This document shows positions 1-15,400 of a DNA stretch of 64,000 bases, piece after piece. The stretch lies in assembly GCA_050273025.1 (NCBI GenBank), contig CP158635.1, forward strand, positions 17,794,001-17,858,000. Direction: 5' to 3'. How positions within the stretch are numbered: position 1 is the stretch's first letter; each line of letters opens with the position of its first letter. The stretch comes from Cenococcum geophilum (taxonomy: Eukaryota). A program made the translations under genes and the position numbers. The notes beneath the pieces were generated by a model. That model did no database searches and was not told the origin of the DNA. It saw only the letters and a program-made list of their open reading frames with translations.

Positions 1-3000
1 TTTAATATAAGGTAGACCTCTATATCTTGTATAAATTAAACATGGTTTTAGAACACCTTATTAACTAGTTTATCACTATAGGACCGTTAACTGGGCGAGA
101 AGAACTCCTCTTAAATGCGCCGTAAGGTAGTAAGGAATCTTACTCTTACTAGTGCTATTTTATTACCTCTTCTAATATCTTGTCCGGTAATCTAATTATT
201 AACCCCTTTATTACCCTGGTCCTTAATATTTTAAGGAAGAAGACTAATAAAGGTCTTGCTAAAAGCGGCTAGCGGCTTAGTAAGGTAAGCCTTGGCAAGA
301 AGGTCTGGGAACGAGATAACACCCCTTGCGTATACGGCCTACTGTCGCGACTTAATGCATTGGAGCTGGCGCCTATTTTTAAGAACTACGGAACAGCCCA
401 TATGAGACTGTAATTATTAATATTAGAAAATAGGATTGCCAACTGAACTGTAATAAGCACGACGTATCGCCGATATAGAAGTCTATACCGTTGTCAGTTC
501 TATATTAGACTCTAATAGCTTATCCTAGCGGCCTCATTAAGGACGCAACGCGAGAAATAGGTCTTGGTCGGTTTGACGGATTAAGAACGAGATAGGCATT
601 ACTAATATGTAATATAAAACAATATACAATGCAGTTAAGGATACAATATAAGCGTCTAGTCTACTAGAGAAGCCCTTAAATACTAAGCAAAAGAGGAACG
701 AACTTTATAACGCCACAACCTACTTATATACGCTATTCTATTCTATTTTTATAGATCTTATAGACGCGGACAAGGAGCGGTATATTTAAGCAGTTGCTTA
801 GCGCTGTAACTATAATAAGAAGCGACGAATAGAATATAAATATGCTGAACCCTTACCTTCGAAGCACTCTTAAAAGAGCCTTAAAGACCCTATTACTGGG
901 TTAACCGCAAATAGGATAACAGAAAAATGGCAGCGGGTGGTTAAGACGTTTAGGGCGATAATAATATACGTTAAACGATTCCTAGACACTAGAGTATTAA
1001 TATATATGCGGCTAAGAGATCTACTTCCTAAAGGAAAGAATATGGATAATATTTCCGTAGATAAGCTTATCTTCTTAATATTTAAGGATACTCTAAAGCA
1101 GGATATAGGCTTTAATAAGGACTATGATATATTAATATACGTTTTCCGGAGTGGAGACCGGTAAAAGGTTACTAGTAAATGGATATAGAAGACTATTATA
1201 GATTATGCGTTTATGCTTAGTTTAAATTTTATTAATTAAATAATTAAATAAAACCACCTAAGTACGCTATAAATTCTAGATTAGAGTTAATCCTATATAC
1301 TAACTTATATAGCAACAACTATATTAAAGAATCTACTACTAATATCAGAGCAATAAAGCTGCTATATACCACCACCGTTAAAAGCATATATGCCAACTTA
1401 ACCTTACTAGGATATTTTAATACTACTAACTGCTAATATGCTAGCGGACACACCGCGTTTATCTCCTCTAAATTAATATAAAACTGTTAAGACGCCGGCA
1501 AAAAGAAAAGGTGTTAAATTGGGAGTTTGCCCCCCCTTAAAGCGCTAAAGAGCCTTAGGCGGATAAAGTCGTAAGTAGAGACAGACCTATAACCTATAGC
1601 CTTTAGGCTAGTAGCAAAGGGGGCGGGATTAAAGTATTTACTATTAGAAATATGGTTTTCCTTTCCCTCCCCTTTAGGGGGAATAAAAGCCGGTATAGAG
1701 TGCGTAACGCTTGGGTCCCTACTACTATTAAAACGCTTTTTTAACTGGCCCTTAGTTTCTAGTAATAATAAAAGTAACGGAACCGGGCTTATATGCGACT
1801 GTAATAACGCTTAAAGTTGTATCTTAGGGCAATATAATTACGGACTTAAAGTCTTGCCCAAATCCACTATTATAGAATCTTTTATCTGTGGCTGTATTAT
1901 AAATTAATATAACGCAGAGCCTAGGTCTATAATTTCTTACGTAAATAGGATACTATCTAACTCGCTTTTAGTATTAGATACCTATAGTGCAGTAGTCCCG
2001 GGGGCTTAGTGGGTACGTAATACTAGCCGCTACTATAATGGCGGACCATAAGGCGGAGTAGGATAAGGGGTTTAGGTATAGGAGGTAGACGTAGTAAATG
2101 GTAGTAGACTCCGAGTATAATTCTTAACTATTGCCTTTATTCTAAGGTTAAGTGGGGCCTTAGTCCGAATATACGTAACTTCTTATTCCTCTATACTATT
2201 AAAGTTTAAATTAGATAAAGGTATTAAAAGGGGAATTAGGTTAGGGTTAGTATCTATTAGTAGTAAATAACCTATAAGCCATTGCTTAAGCAGAGTAGGG
2301 GCAACTTATCTCTGGCGTATTAGCGCATGTGTCTTCCTTATAATTATCTTTAAGGTGGTTAATTATGTCTTCCTTATAGTCATTTCCGAGGTGGTTAATT
2401 ATATGCCACACGTAGTATATCTCTTAGTATTAAATCCTGGGCGCGCTATTAAGAAAATTAGTCTAAAGGCTAGAAAGAGTAGACGAAGTTATAAGTTACG
2501 GTGTTAATTTAATATAATTCTAATAGTGGCTTAACAGGAATAGCTTAGCTTGTTTGCGTTCCGACCATAAACAATATACTATAACCCCTATTTTCTCCTA
2601 TATACTTATCCGTCTCTCTAACGATAACCCTTATTATATAAGTAATTGTTTCCAATATAGTACTTTTCCTTCCGCTATTAGACCATTTACTAAACCCTAT
2701 AATAATGCTATAAAACTAGAAACTATAAAGTCCCCGTACTACTAGTCGCGCAGAAAGAAGATAATATCGCTAGGCTAAACGAATAAAGGTTACTATAGGC
2801 TTATAAGCTCTATTAGGAGGTGTATTTAATTAGCTTATATAATATATAGAGTTATAATACGCCTTAAGATAATAGTAAAGGTTCTTACAAAGCGGCGCAG
2901 ACGCGCTTTTAAGTAGGCTTCTTAGATACTATATTAATATACACGTAGCTAACGTATAATATACCAACACTAATACCTAAGATACCTTATAAGATGAGAG

Positions 3001-3599
3001 TGATATATTAATACCAGTGCTAGGCACCCGCAAGAGGCACCTACTTAATAGTATAACCAAGAATATATCTTCTATTACTTTATTCTCAAACTATACTGCA
3101 TTTAATTTAACTAATAAACAGGCTACAGATATTAAGCTAAGTCTTGCAAATAGGACACCTTTAAAATTATATATATGGGGCTCGTCTAAATTACTAATTG
3201 TGTGCTAATAGGCGGTTTAATTAGCAACCCATCTCTCTTTATTATAACTAGAGAGGACTAAGGTCTAATACACTAGGCTTACCCGGAATGCTACGCAATA
3301 TTAAACATAAACAGCACTACCTAAAGCCACCTAGCTTGCCTAAAAGAAGCATTACATATAGAAGTACTTAATCTAAACCACTGCCTTATATAACACTTGC
3401 TTCGGCCTTACACCCCTATTAATTAAGCCCTACATTACCAGATACCGCATTTATCCATAACATTAATAATGATTTTAACTCACCTCCCTATAATAGATTA
3501 GCAGAATCTAATATAAATAAAACTAACCGGAAAAGGATGCGTATATAAGTATAAATATAATATTATCTTAGAGCGCGCTTTATATAGGACTACTGCGGA

Positions 3600-4950
3600 T
3601 ACCGCATAAATTAGAAGGTTAAGAATGCGCATAAAGCTGTTCTCTACTAAGCGACAAGTATATTTCTCGCGAAAATATACACAGGTAAGGGCGGATCCTC
3701 GAACCTACAAGTTAACCCCTAGGTAGATTAATTTCCTTCTATATTAGAGACGCTAATTATTAAATTATAGACCGTAACCTAAGCTTATCTATTAAGGGAG
3801 GAATAAAAATAAGTGGATTATAAACCTGATTAAGTTAGTGCACGTAAGGTACTTTTAGTATATTAATATACTGGGGAGTTATATAAACTAAATACGCGTA
3901 GATAAAGGACAGGTTAGGAGATTTTAGAATTAAAGCAAATCGTAAGTTCTAGGCTATTGTTAAGGAAGTATATGGCCTAAGCTTCGGTAACGATGCTAAA
4001 AAGGTAAAGAGGTTACTAAAAGACCACTTTTTTACATTTGAATAGGCCGAAAAGGTAAGTGCTTCTTAAATGCACCCCTCTATTACTATGTCCATTTCTC
4101 TATGCTAGAGATCTGCCGTTTTCCACCCCTAAATTTAGCCATCCTTTGTATTAAATTTCTTCCATTTTCCACCTAATCTTTCTACTATTTTCTACCCCAG
4201 ACTCCTACTATTTTCCATCTTACAAATTTACCTACTTTTTTTTAACAATTCTGCTTCTTTCCATTATAAATTCTTTTACTTTCTATTATCTTCCACTAGT
4301 AGCCCCCCTTTTTATATCATATATTGTAAACGGAAACTGTACTTCTTTACCAATATTAATAGGTTAGTAAGAGACAATTCTACTATAAAGTAATCGTTGC
4401 TGCCTACGCGGATATATTCTGGGTAAATGGTTTAATAGGAATAGCTAGACACCGGTCTTCCGCTAAATATTTTTATAAGCTCGCTGGCGCAACCATATGC
4501 TTTATCGCGGTTAGTTTGAGGTACGGTATCTAGGAGTACCTGTCCGGCCACTATAAGACTATTAAGTATATTAGCAGCGAGGAGGTTTAAGGTAGGATAA
4601 ATTTACTATATCTTATATCTAACTGCTAATAAGGATAAAGCAATCTATAGGGAGCTACTTGCGATATGGGACGCTATAGCACTATACCGCCGGGTCGCAA
4701 TTAAGTTTTATATATTTAAAGATGCGAAGATAAGGGCACCACGCTATAATAACGAAGACGAACAGTGCCCTAACGCTGAACTATGGTAGAATCCATATAA
4801 TAATGTCTTAGACGATTTATTTAAGGATTTGGATAATAAGAGCACCGAAAGCTTAAAGGCTGCTATTTAAATATGGTGCGGCGGTGCTAATTCGGATTAC
4901 TCTACCTTATTAATGCAGCTTTACTTTTCTAGCTTACCTAGACCTAAACA
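3600..4950 (+). pseudogene. RIP-degenerated intron-containing gene, DUF6532-like, possibly a transposon accessory gene
   Basis: Translation gives ...KVKRLLKDHFFTFE-intron (GTAAGT at 4055)-...VAAYADIFWVNGLIG...KLAGATICFIAVSLRYGILEYLSGHYKTIKY. This resembles, from recall only, the DUF6532 'tialv.tai...l.ew.tG' motif. Confidence 0.35.
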
Positions 4951-5676
4951 AATTAGAGGTAGTGCCTTAAAGGGGAATAACCCGGTATAGTATTAGGTTT
5001 CTTTAATTCTAAGTTTCTTTCTATAGTTATATACTAACTCTAAGTATCTATATAGATAACCGTCTAGGGAATTGCGAGTATTTAGGGTGGTGAAGAAGAA
5101 ATATTAGATTTTTACTTAATTATAACAGGCTAGAAGAAAGTGCGGGCATAAGTACCTATCCACTCCGAATTTATATGGGATGATTTTAAGAATACCCTAG
5201 GTTTACTAGATAATGGAGCTGGCTGGTATAATAGCGACGCTAGTAAGGATTAGTATGTATATAATAATAAGGTATTTTAGAAGTTTATACGGTTTATAAA
5301 AGGTTATAGAGGGGTTATTTTTTGGCAGAGTAGTAAGGAGGATTTTTAAAGCATGTAGCGTTATATAGTATTACCAAGTCTAAATCTAAACTTTTTATAC
5401 TTATACTAGCACACGCGATTCCAAAATGATATTTATATTGCTTTAGCAGTTAGGCCAGGCCTCTTATACTTATTATTTTAACTTATTTTAATATAGAGAA
5501 TTAATAAAATCTTTAGCATTATTAAATCGGTAGGCTAGCTTTTACTTTTTCTAAACAGCTATAAATGCTAAAGTATTATATCTACTTAAGTATTTGTATA
5601 ATTTAAAGGTAGTAGAAAAACTAATATTTTACTAATATACTTAATTTTTAAATCTGGGGTTTTATTTTTCTTATTA

Positions 5677-5850
5677 TCCTAAAGGTCCTGGCGGTCCTAG
5701 CAGTCCTGGCGGTCCTAGAGATCCTGGCGGTCCTAGAGGTCCTGGCGGTCCTGGAGATCCTGGAGGTCCTGGAGATCCTAGAGGTCCTGGAGGTCCTAGT
5801 AATCCTGGTGGTCCTGGCGGTCCCGGCGGTCCGGGTGGTCCGAGTGGCCT
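5677..5850. repeat. GC-rich 9/18-bp tandem array (GGTCCTGGC / GGTCCTAGA units), subterminal
   Basis: The periodicity is directly visible and produces the collagen-like ORF 5674-5910. Confidence 0.9.
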
Positions 5851-6549
5851 CCTGACAGCCCTGACAGGAGCTGTCAAGAACCTGTTAGTACTGTTAGGAG
5901 GTATAAACATTTTCCTGATGTTTAGGTATATCTAGCTAATTACCTACTAGTTAATTAGCTGGGGGGGTATATTAACCTAAATTAGGTTATCTTATTACTG
6001 ACTTAACTACCTCCTATTAACTTAGTTATTAACTTAGTTATTAACTCAGTTACCTACTCCTTATTTCTATTACTACCCCTCTACCCTCTTCTTGTTCTTA
6101 TTTCCTATACCTTTCCTATATATATATAGAGGCTATTAGAGCCACATTTAATAGATAGAGTTATTATTCTTTTCTTATAATTAGTGCACGGACTACTAAT
6201 CAACACCTCTACACGTGCCTCTACTGGGTATACCCCTATATATACCTAAGTAGCCACCTTATTTTTTACCCTTTTATTAAACAAACGATTAAAAATAAGA
6301 ACTTTGTCTATTAAAGAGGGCTCTAGAAGCTCTCTTATATATATTAGGTAGATCTAAACAACTAAGTTAAATAGGTAATAGAAAATAGATAATAAGATAT
6401 TTAATAAGATATTTACTTATAAGTTAAGAGATAAGTAAGATATAGTTTATATAGACGATCTAGGTCGTTAAATAGTATTATAATAATAGTAAGAAACTCC
6501 GATTTAGGTCGACACCTTCCTTTCTTATATCCTCCCTACTTAAGGAGAT

Positions 6550-6700
6550 ACTAGAACAATAGCTAGTAAATAACTATCGCCAGAACCAGACAACTGTCGC
6601 TAAAGCTAGACAATCGTTATTAGAGCTAAATAACCGTCGCCAAAGCCACATAACCTCGCTAAAGCTATACGACCGCTACTAAAGCTAGATAATAACTATT
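6550..6700 (+). repeat. 20-bp tandem array (consensus ~CCAGACGACCGTCGCCAGAA), about 7 degenerate copies
   Basis: Same unit as the 59990-60575 array. Confidence 0.85.
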
Positions 6701-6761
6701 TAAATAACTAGCTAGCGAACTCTATAAACGATTTAATTAATTAATTAAATTAAGGTAATAT

Positions 6762-6970
6762 AAATAGGTAGGTATAGGTATATAGGTATAAGTATATAGG
6801 TATAGGTATATAGATATTAGGTATATAGGCATAAATAGGTAGGCATAGATAGGTAGACACAGATAGGTAGGTATAGATAGGTAAGTATAGGCAGATAGGT
6901 AGATAGATAGATAGATAAATAAATAGATAGGTAGGTAGATAGATAGATAGATAAATAGGTAGATAGATAA

Positions 6971-7001
<31 letters not shown>

Positions 7002-7265
7002 GATAGATAGATAGGTAGGTAAATAGGTAGGTAGGTAGATAGGTAGGTAGGTAGGTAAGTAGGTAGGTAGGTAGGTAGGTAGGTAGGTAGGTAGGTAGGT
7101 AGGTAGATAGGTAGGTAGGTAGGTAGGTAGGTAGGTAGGTAAGTAGGTAGGTAGGTAAGTAGGTAGGTAAGTAGGTAGGTAAATAGGTAAGTAGGTAAGT
7201 AAGTAGGTAGGTAAGTAGGTAGGTAGGTAGGTAGGTAGATAGATAGGTAAATAGATAGGTAGGCA
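6762..7265. repeat. Compound (TAGG)n/(TAGA)n microsatellite
   Basis: Directly visible; it produces the spurious LPTY/LSIY ORFs. Confidence 0.97.
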
Positions 7266-7849
7266 AGCACTAGGCTAATTAATAATTTAGAGTCTCTATA
7301 AAAGGCTTCCCCCTTAACACCTAAGTAGATAGCTCTATATTTTATATAGTTATAATATAAATATATTTAAAAGTATATTATAGCAATCTATAAGAATATA
7401 TAATAATTTAATTGTTATATATTGGAAACACAGGGCAAATCACTAATACTACTTAAGTAGATACAGTGATGGAAAAGGTTGTTATTCTAGATAGGGGAGG
7501 GTAAGGAATTTAAGGTTCCTCACCACGCTAGTGCCGCGACGGCATATGACGGTAAGTTGCCTTACATAACGGTAATATGCCGCACGTAAGGGCAAATTGT
7601 CTTATTCCCAACACTAGCAACTCTTCTTTTTATAGTTACTATTTATATATAAACAGATAGTATATAACAATATAACCGTAGGCAGACTATAGTAGAATTT
7701 AGTAGGTAATACGCCTTATTCTACTAACCCGGACTTCTACTAACTAATTACGATTTTCTATCCCCGGGATAGAAAATTGCTATTAGCTCGCTTACTACTA
7801 GCGCCTTAGCGGCCCTTACTATATCTTCTACTCCCTCTTAACCCAACCT

Positions 7850-9494
7850 TTAACTTATATATATAGAGTATTTATATTAACAAACGTCTTTAGTGCCTTA
7901 TTTAGGTTTACCTTTATTATCACATCTACTAAGTTATCTTGGCCATTAATCTATTAAATCTTAAAGAGTTTTTAACGCTTATAAGATTGCCGTAGTGCTA
8001 TAATATTAATTATAAGGCGCTTCTCCTTTATAGTACTAAGCTTAACTAAATACTTATAGAGGGAATATAAGTCGGTGTATATAATTATAGGGATAATAGG
8101 GAGTTTAAGTTAATTTATAATTATCTTTAAGGTAGTTCTAATTGCAATTACTATATTAACTCCGCCGACTATTCTATATATCTTTAACGCTAAAACGCTT
8201 CGAGTAACGCGTTTACTCTTAGTTAAGCTCTAATAAATAAGATTATTATAGATTATAAAGTTACTCTCTCTAGTAGATTTATTCGCGATAATAATCTTAT
8301 ATCCTAGCTGGGAGCTAAAATCTTTATTATTTATAAATAATCCATTAATAAATATAAAAAGCTTAGCGGTAGAAAGGTTAATAGGCACGTAGAGCAGTCC
8401 TTAATTAAGATGGCTCCTTTACCAGAAAAGACGCTTATTTAGGGCAAGGATATCCTCCTTAGTTAGTTCTTGGTGTTAAGCGGCAATAGAGAGATTAAAG
8501 GAAGCTTTGGGTTAATAGATAGAAGCTATATAAGCTCCGCGAGCGCGTTACTCTACATATCCTTACTTTAGAAAATTAATATTAATAATATTAATCTTCT
8601 TACCTTAACCTTTCTAGCGTAGGGTAATGGAATCCTTATTTAGGGAAATAATACATCTATTAAAGAGTAATAGTATTATTAAATTAAGTCTTTCCTTTAG
8701 CTTTGCTATAAGATATACCTTTACTAGCTTATCTTCTTTAAGAGCTAAGAATTAGTTATCTTCTAAAATAATTATATTATCTGTTTATATGCCAATAATT
8801 CTAAATAGAGTTCCCGTAGCTATAATAAGGAAGCAGGGATTAAATATAGAAGTAGTTATTAAAAGCTTCTCTTTATAGTGCTTACTATAAGTAGCCCACT
8901 AATAAGTTCCTGCCTCTGTAATTCTATATAGTGGCTTAAGCATAACTATAATTGTATCTTTGGGATATTGGTAGCGAATTTACTCTAAAAGGTATGCTAA
9001 TATTAAGCGCTAAAGGCGTATCTCTAATTGGGTATAGGCCTAGGTAATATCTTATAAATAAACCGCTATTTTATTTTTTATTAAGGAGGGAGCTAGCGTA
9101 ATAATAACTCGCTAACTAGCTCGTTAAATTATAGGGGATTGCGTAAAAATTACTTCCTTACTATTGTTGTTATAACCTTAAATAACTAGCCTTAACTTCT
9201 TAAATGGGGTATTAGTAGCTTTGCCTTTAATCTTATTAACCATTCTTAACCTAAATATACGAACCCTATTAAACTTAGTAGGGTTATACTTCTTAAACTT
9301 AAAGACTCCTCTTATAATAAGACCGTTAATCTCCTACTTATTAGATGCTTAAAAAGGAGCTCCTAAAGTTATAATACAGCCTTCCTTTTAAAGCTATTTT
9401 ACGAGCTTAAAGTTAGCCTTCTCTTTAGCTATTATAAAGGCTATTAATAGCTTAACTCTATTCTTAATGGCGGCAATAAGTTACTCTTTAAAAT
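7850..9494 (-). pseudogene. Copia 1 reverse transcriptase/RNase H region
   Basis: It reconstructs to KPLYGI.EAGTHW, G.QTDD.LIL, VTRSVLA.EIY and EKRL.IDI.ALR, and is colinear with 10070-11730. Confidence 0.9.
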
Positions 9495-12400
9495 TGTTAG
9501 TCACACAGGGTGACTCACTAATAACGACTACTTAAGTAGGGTTACAGTGATGTTGGTTAATAAAGCTTATTAATTAGAATAAGGGAGGGCAAGGAACTTA
9601 AGGCTCCTCACCACACTAGTACCGCGGCAACACGTAATGGCAACTTACCATTACGTGACGGCAGTTTACCGTACGTGGCGGCAACTTGCCTCATTCCCAA
9701 CACTAGCAACTCTTCTTTTATGGTTGCCATCTATATATAAATACTGCTTAACTATCATAATAAATATAAACCCTCCTCGCTTACTATTGCCATTATAGTA
9801 TAAGTCTCGCTGTCCTAAAATTTGCCTCTTAGCACACGGTGCTTTCTTACTAAGAAGTTATAGGTAGATATTATATTAGGGCCGTTAGGGCCGCTAAGGC
9901 GCTAGCTATAAGCGAGCCAATAGCAATTTTCCATCCTAGGGATAAAAAATCCTAATTAGCTAGTTTAAGTTAGGGTCTGCAGAATCTAACTAATTAGACA
10001 ACTTTAATCGCTGGTTAAAGTTCCTAGATATCTTAAGGCCTTATATAACTAAGACATTTTTAGGGACTCTCTTTTTACCTAACCTTTAACTTATATACGT
10101 AGAGTATTTATATTAACAAACGTCTCTAGTGCCTTATTTGGGTTCGCCTTTATTATCACATCTGCTAGGTTATCTTAGCCATTAATCTATTAAATCTTAA
10201 AGAGTTTTTAACGTTTATAGGATTAACGAAGTGCTATAATATTGATTATAAGGCGCTTCTCCTTTATAATACTAAGCTTAACTAAACACTTATAGAGGGA
10301 GTATAAGTTAGTACACACAATTATAGGGATAACAGGAAGTTCGAGTCGATCTATAATTATCTTTAGGGTAGTTCTAATTATAATTGCTATATCGACTCTA
10401 TTAACCATTTTATATATCTCTAACACCAGAACGCTTTAAGTAACGCGCTTACTCTTAGTTAAGCTCTAATAAATAAGGTTACCGTAAATTATAAAGTCGT
10501 TTTCTCTAGTAGATTCGTTCGCAATAATAATCTTATATCCCAATTAGGAGCTAAAATCTTTATTATTTATAAACAATCCATTAACAAATATAAAGAGCTT
10601 AGTGGTAGGAAGACTAATAGGCATATAAAGTAGTCCCCAATTAAGATAGTTTATTTACTAAAAAAAACGTTTATTTAGGGTAAAAACATCATCCTTAGTT
10701 GGTTCTTAGTATTAGGCGGCAACAAAGAAATTAAATAAAGCCTTAGGTTAATAAATAGAAGTAATATAAGCTCCACAAGCGCGTTGCTCCACGTATCTTT
10801 ACTTTAGGGAATTAATATTAATAACGTCGATCTTCTTACCTTAACCCTTTTAGCATAAAGCAATAACATCCTTGTTTAGGGAGAGGATGCATCTATTAAA
10901 AAGTAATAGTGTTATTAAATTAAGCTTTTCCTTTAGCTTTACTATAAGATTTGCCCTTACTAGCTTATCTTCTTTAAGGGCTAAAAATTGGTCGTCTCCT
11001 AAAATAATTATATTATTAGTTTATATACCAACAATTCTAAATAGGGTTTCTGTAGTTATAATAAGGAAGCATAGATTAAATATAAAAGTAGTTATTAAAA
11101 GTTTCTCTTTATAGTGCTTGCTGTAGGTAGCCTACTAATAGGTTCCTGCCTCTATAATTCTATATAATGGCTTAAGTACAATCATAATTGTATCCTCGGG
11201 ATATTAGTGGCGAATTTGCTCTAGAAGGTATGCTAATATTAAGCGCTAAAGGTACGTCTCTAATTAGGTATAGGCTTAAGTAATATCTTATAAATAAACC
11301 GCTATTCTATTCTTTATTAAGGAGGGAGCTAGCGCAATAATAACTCACTAACTAGCTCGTTAAATTATAGGAGATTGCGTAAGGATTACCTCCTTACTAT
11401 TATCGTTATAGCCTTAAATAATAAGCCTTAATTTCTTAAATAGGGCGTTAGTAGCTTTACCCTTAATCTTATTAACTATTCTTAACTTAAAGATGCGAAC
11501 TCCATTAAACTTAGTATAGTTATACTTCTCAAATTTAAAGACTCCTCTTATAATAAGACTATTAATCTTCTACTTATTAGATGCTTAAAAAGGAGCTCCT
11601 AAAGTTATAATATAACCTTCCTTTTAGAGCTGTTTTGCAAGCTTAAAGTTAGCCTTCTCCTTAGTTGTTATAAAGGCCATTAATAGCTCAATTCCGTTCT
11701 TAATAGCGGTAATAAATTGCTCTTTAAAATTAATAAGATGTTAGCGGTTTTATAATCCCTTTAGGCAACCTCTACCGCGTTATAGTTGCGGCGTATCTAC
11801 TACAATTATATTAGAATTATTGTCGCCTTCTAGAGCACGTTAATTATGGCTTTTCTTTAAGGCATTTTCTATAGCATCCTGCAAAGGCTTAGAACTATTA
11901 TCTTTATAATAAGGCTTAATAACGGTTAAATGGAATTAAGTAGGTCTATAAGGCATCTAAATAGTATAAGTCTAACCATTAATTATAATGAGTTAATATA
12001 GGCCTAACCATCCTCCCTTTTTACGCCATATATATACCTTAGACTAGAGTAGTAGGTCGAGCGTAGTTAAGGTATTTAGGCCATTTCTTATTCCTAGTGC
12101 GTTATTAACCTAGCATATAGCATAGAGACGTCGTACCTCCTTTATTGCCTTGCGAATAGCCTTAGCTTATTATATAATAGAGGGAGATAGTAGAGAATCG
12201 TTAGTTATTTAAGGGTAGGCGCTAAAGACTAGCAATATAGGTACGAGTCTATCTGGGCCAGCGGAATTATTAATGGCTTTAACAGCCATTTATAAGGTAA
12301 GTTCTTCGCTAGCGTCCTCTAGTTCTAAAGAGATAATCTTATATACGCGGCGTAATGGCGCGTAATATTATTCTACTTTTTTAACACTATTATATGCTTT

Positions 12401-15400
12401 AATAGGGACTTCCTTAACCTTAATTGCCATTACCTTTATTTATTATTAAAACTCTATAAATAAGAAGTTCTTTTCTGCGTTATAGACAATTTAATTAGGG
12501 GGTCCTAGGTAGATATTAATTTAGTATAGTTAAAGGGTATCCTATGCGTTCCTAGCTAATATATCCTTTAAGAAACATACGGCTTAGAAGGAGGTTAAGA
12601 AGTTAATAACTTAGAGTACTAGCTTACCGCTAAGATATATAACGTCGACGATAATATAGAAGTTAAAGTTATAGTTATCTTTAAGGGTAAACTTAAATCG
12701 GCTAGGGGACTTCTGGTTTATTTAGTAGTTATAGCAGTACTTTATAAGGTGCTTAATTACCTTAACCTTAACTTTATAGCCTACTCGCTAAAGAACCCTA
12801 AGCAATTAATAAATGGATAGGTAACTAAAACGACGGTATAGTTAACGTAACTCTAACTTAGTTAGGTAGCTCTAAGTAACACTCTTTTTTAGTTAATAAA
12901 GGAGTAACTAGGGGTAACCCCACTTACGCACAACGGGTACCCGATTATCTCCCTAAATAAGTATATTCTTAAGGTTATTAAGCTTAACGCCTAATTTATC
13001 TATATCTCTAATGTAAAATAGAAATCGGGTGTTTATAGGGACAATATAGAAAGTAATATACCCTAGGGGGGTTTAGACCCTAATTATACTAAGAGAGATC
13101 ACAGTACCCTTGCTAAAACGAATTATATATTGACCTACCGTTAAATAGTTAATCTGGACAGAGCTATTAAGCTACTAAAGGGCTCAAACTTAAGGTTCTC
13201 CTACTATAGATACTCCTGCGGCTTTAATATCTGGTATAATACTATAGAAGACATTCGCCAAGTATCTATTATTAAAGGAGAACGCGGAACTTTCCCTTAG
13301 CTCATTAAAGATATCTAACTTTATAATAGAATGGAGCGTAGATTAGTTATTAAGAACAGTAATAGTTTATATACTATTCACCTTACTATATTTAGTAAAG
13401 TATTAGTTAAAAGAGTAGTCCTCAATTTCTATATCTATAAGGAGCTGTTCAGCCTCATTAACCTCACCCTTAAGATCTTTTACGCCTTTATATTAAACTA
13501 GAAAGCTTTAAAAGTAAGCCACAGTAGCCTTATAATTTCCGACATTTCTTATACTTTAGCGAAACTTATTATATACCTTCTTTCGCTTATTAAGAGAATG
13601 CCTAGTTAACTAGCAATTCGGTTTCTTATAAATATAGCACTTCTTCTAGTAATTACTTTAAAATAAACCTCCATAAGGACCTCCACCTTTACCTTATAGT
13701 TATTAATTATACCCTCTACCGTATTACCTACCACGGCTACTATATATTTAATTAGTCTAATTATAATTATATTGGCCGGGCGGGTTAATTAAAGTAGGTT
13801 AGAGTTAGGCGTTAAATTATTATACTTCTTAAGAGTATAGAGCGGTGCTAACGGAAGATCTTAATTAAGTATATACTCCTTCGTAAGTATTTACAGGATT
13901 AAAGAGAGTAAGGTTGTATTCTTTAACGCCTTAGTATACGCTAATAACTTAATTATATAGGCTAAAATCCTCTTAATATAATTCAGATAAACCACACTAA
14001 ATTATCTAAAGTTAATTAAAGAGCTTTTAAAGACAATTAAGCCGAGGGACACCTAGGTTTATAGCAATAATCCTTAAAAAGGTAGTCTCTCTCCATTCTA
14101 ACATATATTACTACTTATTCTCTTCTATTTTAAAGTGGCATCTTAACATATATATTATGCGGTTAAAATTGTATCCTTTTCCTACCAAATAATTATAATA
14201 AAAGGTACTAGCTCGGCCCTTAAGCATAACGGAATAGGCGTTGTGGTATTAATTAGACTCTATTCCTACCTTCTAGTAATAGTTATAGAAGATATATAGT
14301 TTCAAATTAAGAATATTATATAATTCCCTGCTAAACTTCTTCTCCTAATCCAAGTAGAGCTTTACAAGCTCTATAAGCAATTTTAAACTACCTCCAATTT
14401 AAGATTAAGGTAGAGGAGGTAGGAGTTATATTATAGGCTATAGTAGGGATATAGGTCTAGTCGGTGGAGTCTAAAGGTTATTAAATTGCGAAGCAATAGG
14501 ATCCTATGCCTACTCTTATTAGGATATAGTATCTAACATTAAGGTTACAGGTTAAATTGGATATAAAGAAGTTAAAAGCAGAGGTAAATTTGTCTCTAGA
14601 GGTATATTACTTAGGTTCTATTATAAGTTAAGCTTCCTTATAGTATGTAGTTAGTGCTTAATCTCTTATAAAGTCCATTTATGCTCTTCTTTTGCGTTAA
14701 TAACCTGCTTCTAAATATTGTCTCTAATAGTACCCCCATCCTTAGGGATAAATACTCCATTCTTCTAAAGGAAGTTACAGAAGTTCTATATAATATCCTT
14801 ATTTACGGGGGCCTATGTTTCCTTTATCTATCTAATAAAATCCTCCTTTATACATTCCCATAGCGCGGTATCGTTATATTTACTATCCTTATAATATGCC
14901 ATACGGTATAATAAAAATCCATTTAAGTCTTGTTTATTAGCGTTTGTAAGGTCAATTATAGCTTTATTCTATATCTTTAGGTTAATATCTTCCTTATACT
15001 TCTTTAGGTAGGTTAATGCTATAGTAGATATAGAATTAACGGGGTGTCGTACGTCAAAGGTAGGTAAGATTTTCAGTTTTATAGGATCTCGTAGGTTTAC
15101 TATCAAGAGGTAGGCAATTCAAGATGTTGTTTAACGCATTTTAGACGTCGTTTAACGCGTTTCGGACGTTAACTTAGGACCCTAGGTTTAGTAACACTTC
15201 TAATCTAAAATACTCAACCAAATCTTCGTAAACGCGGTTATTCTACGTAATAGACGCAACTTAGTATCTCCTAGTACTCAGTAACACTTCTATTACTAGT
15301 TTTCCGCAAGTCTAAGGTAGTATAGTATCACCAGGATCCATTCCATATAAGCGTATATAGCACCCCTACATAAGACTATCTCTTCTATTCGAAAACCTAG

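Larger units (their letters stand above)
1..5920. mobile_element. Right part of a large putative CATCGGG-TIR DNA transposon (CMC/EnSpm-like); left end outside the window
   Basis: It ends in ATTTTCCTGATG (5909-5920), one transition from the TIR of the 58985-61247 element, and is likewise followed by TT. A subterminal 9/18-bp tandem array precedes it, and the interior holds degenerate + strand coding sequence. Confidence 0.5.

Noticed and set aside
5674..5910. Collagen-like GPP ORF
   Set aside because: It is a by-product of a 9/18-bp subterminal DNA array next to a TIR-like end; only 78 aa with no other domain.
6737..7270. LPTY/LSIY ORFs (also 60613-60891)
   Set aside because: Translations of TAGG/TAGA microsatellites.
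10872..11114. Short antisense ORFs over TE coding regions (also 14681, 18647, 25678, 28425, 44524, 53060, 55754)
   Set aside because: Shadow frames of degenerate pol, gag or transposase sequence.
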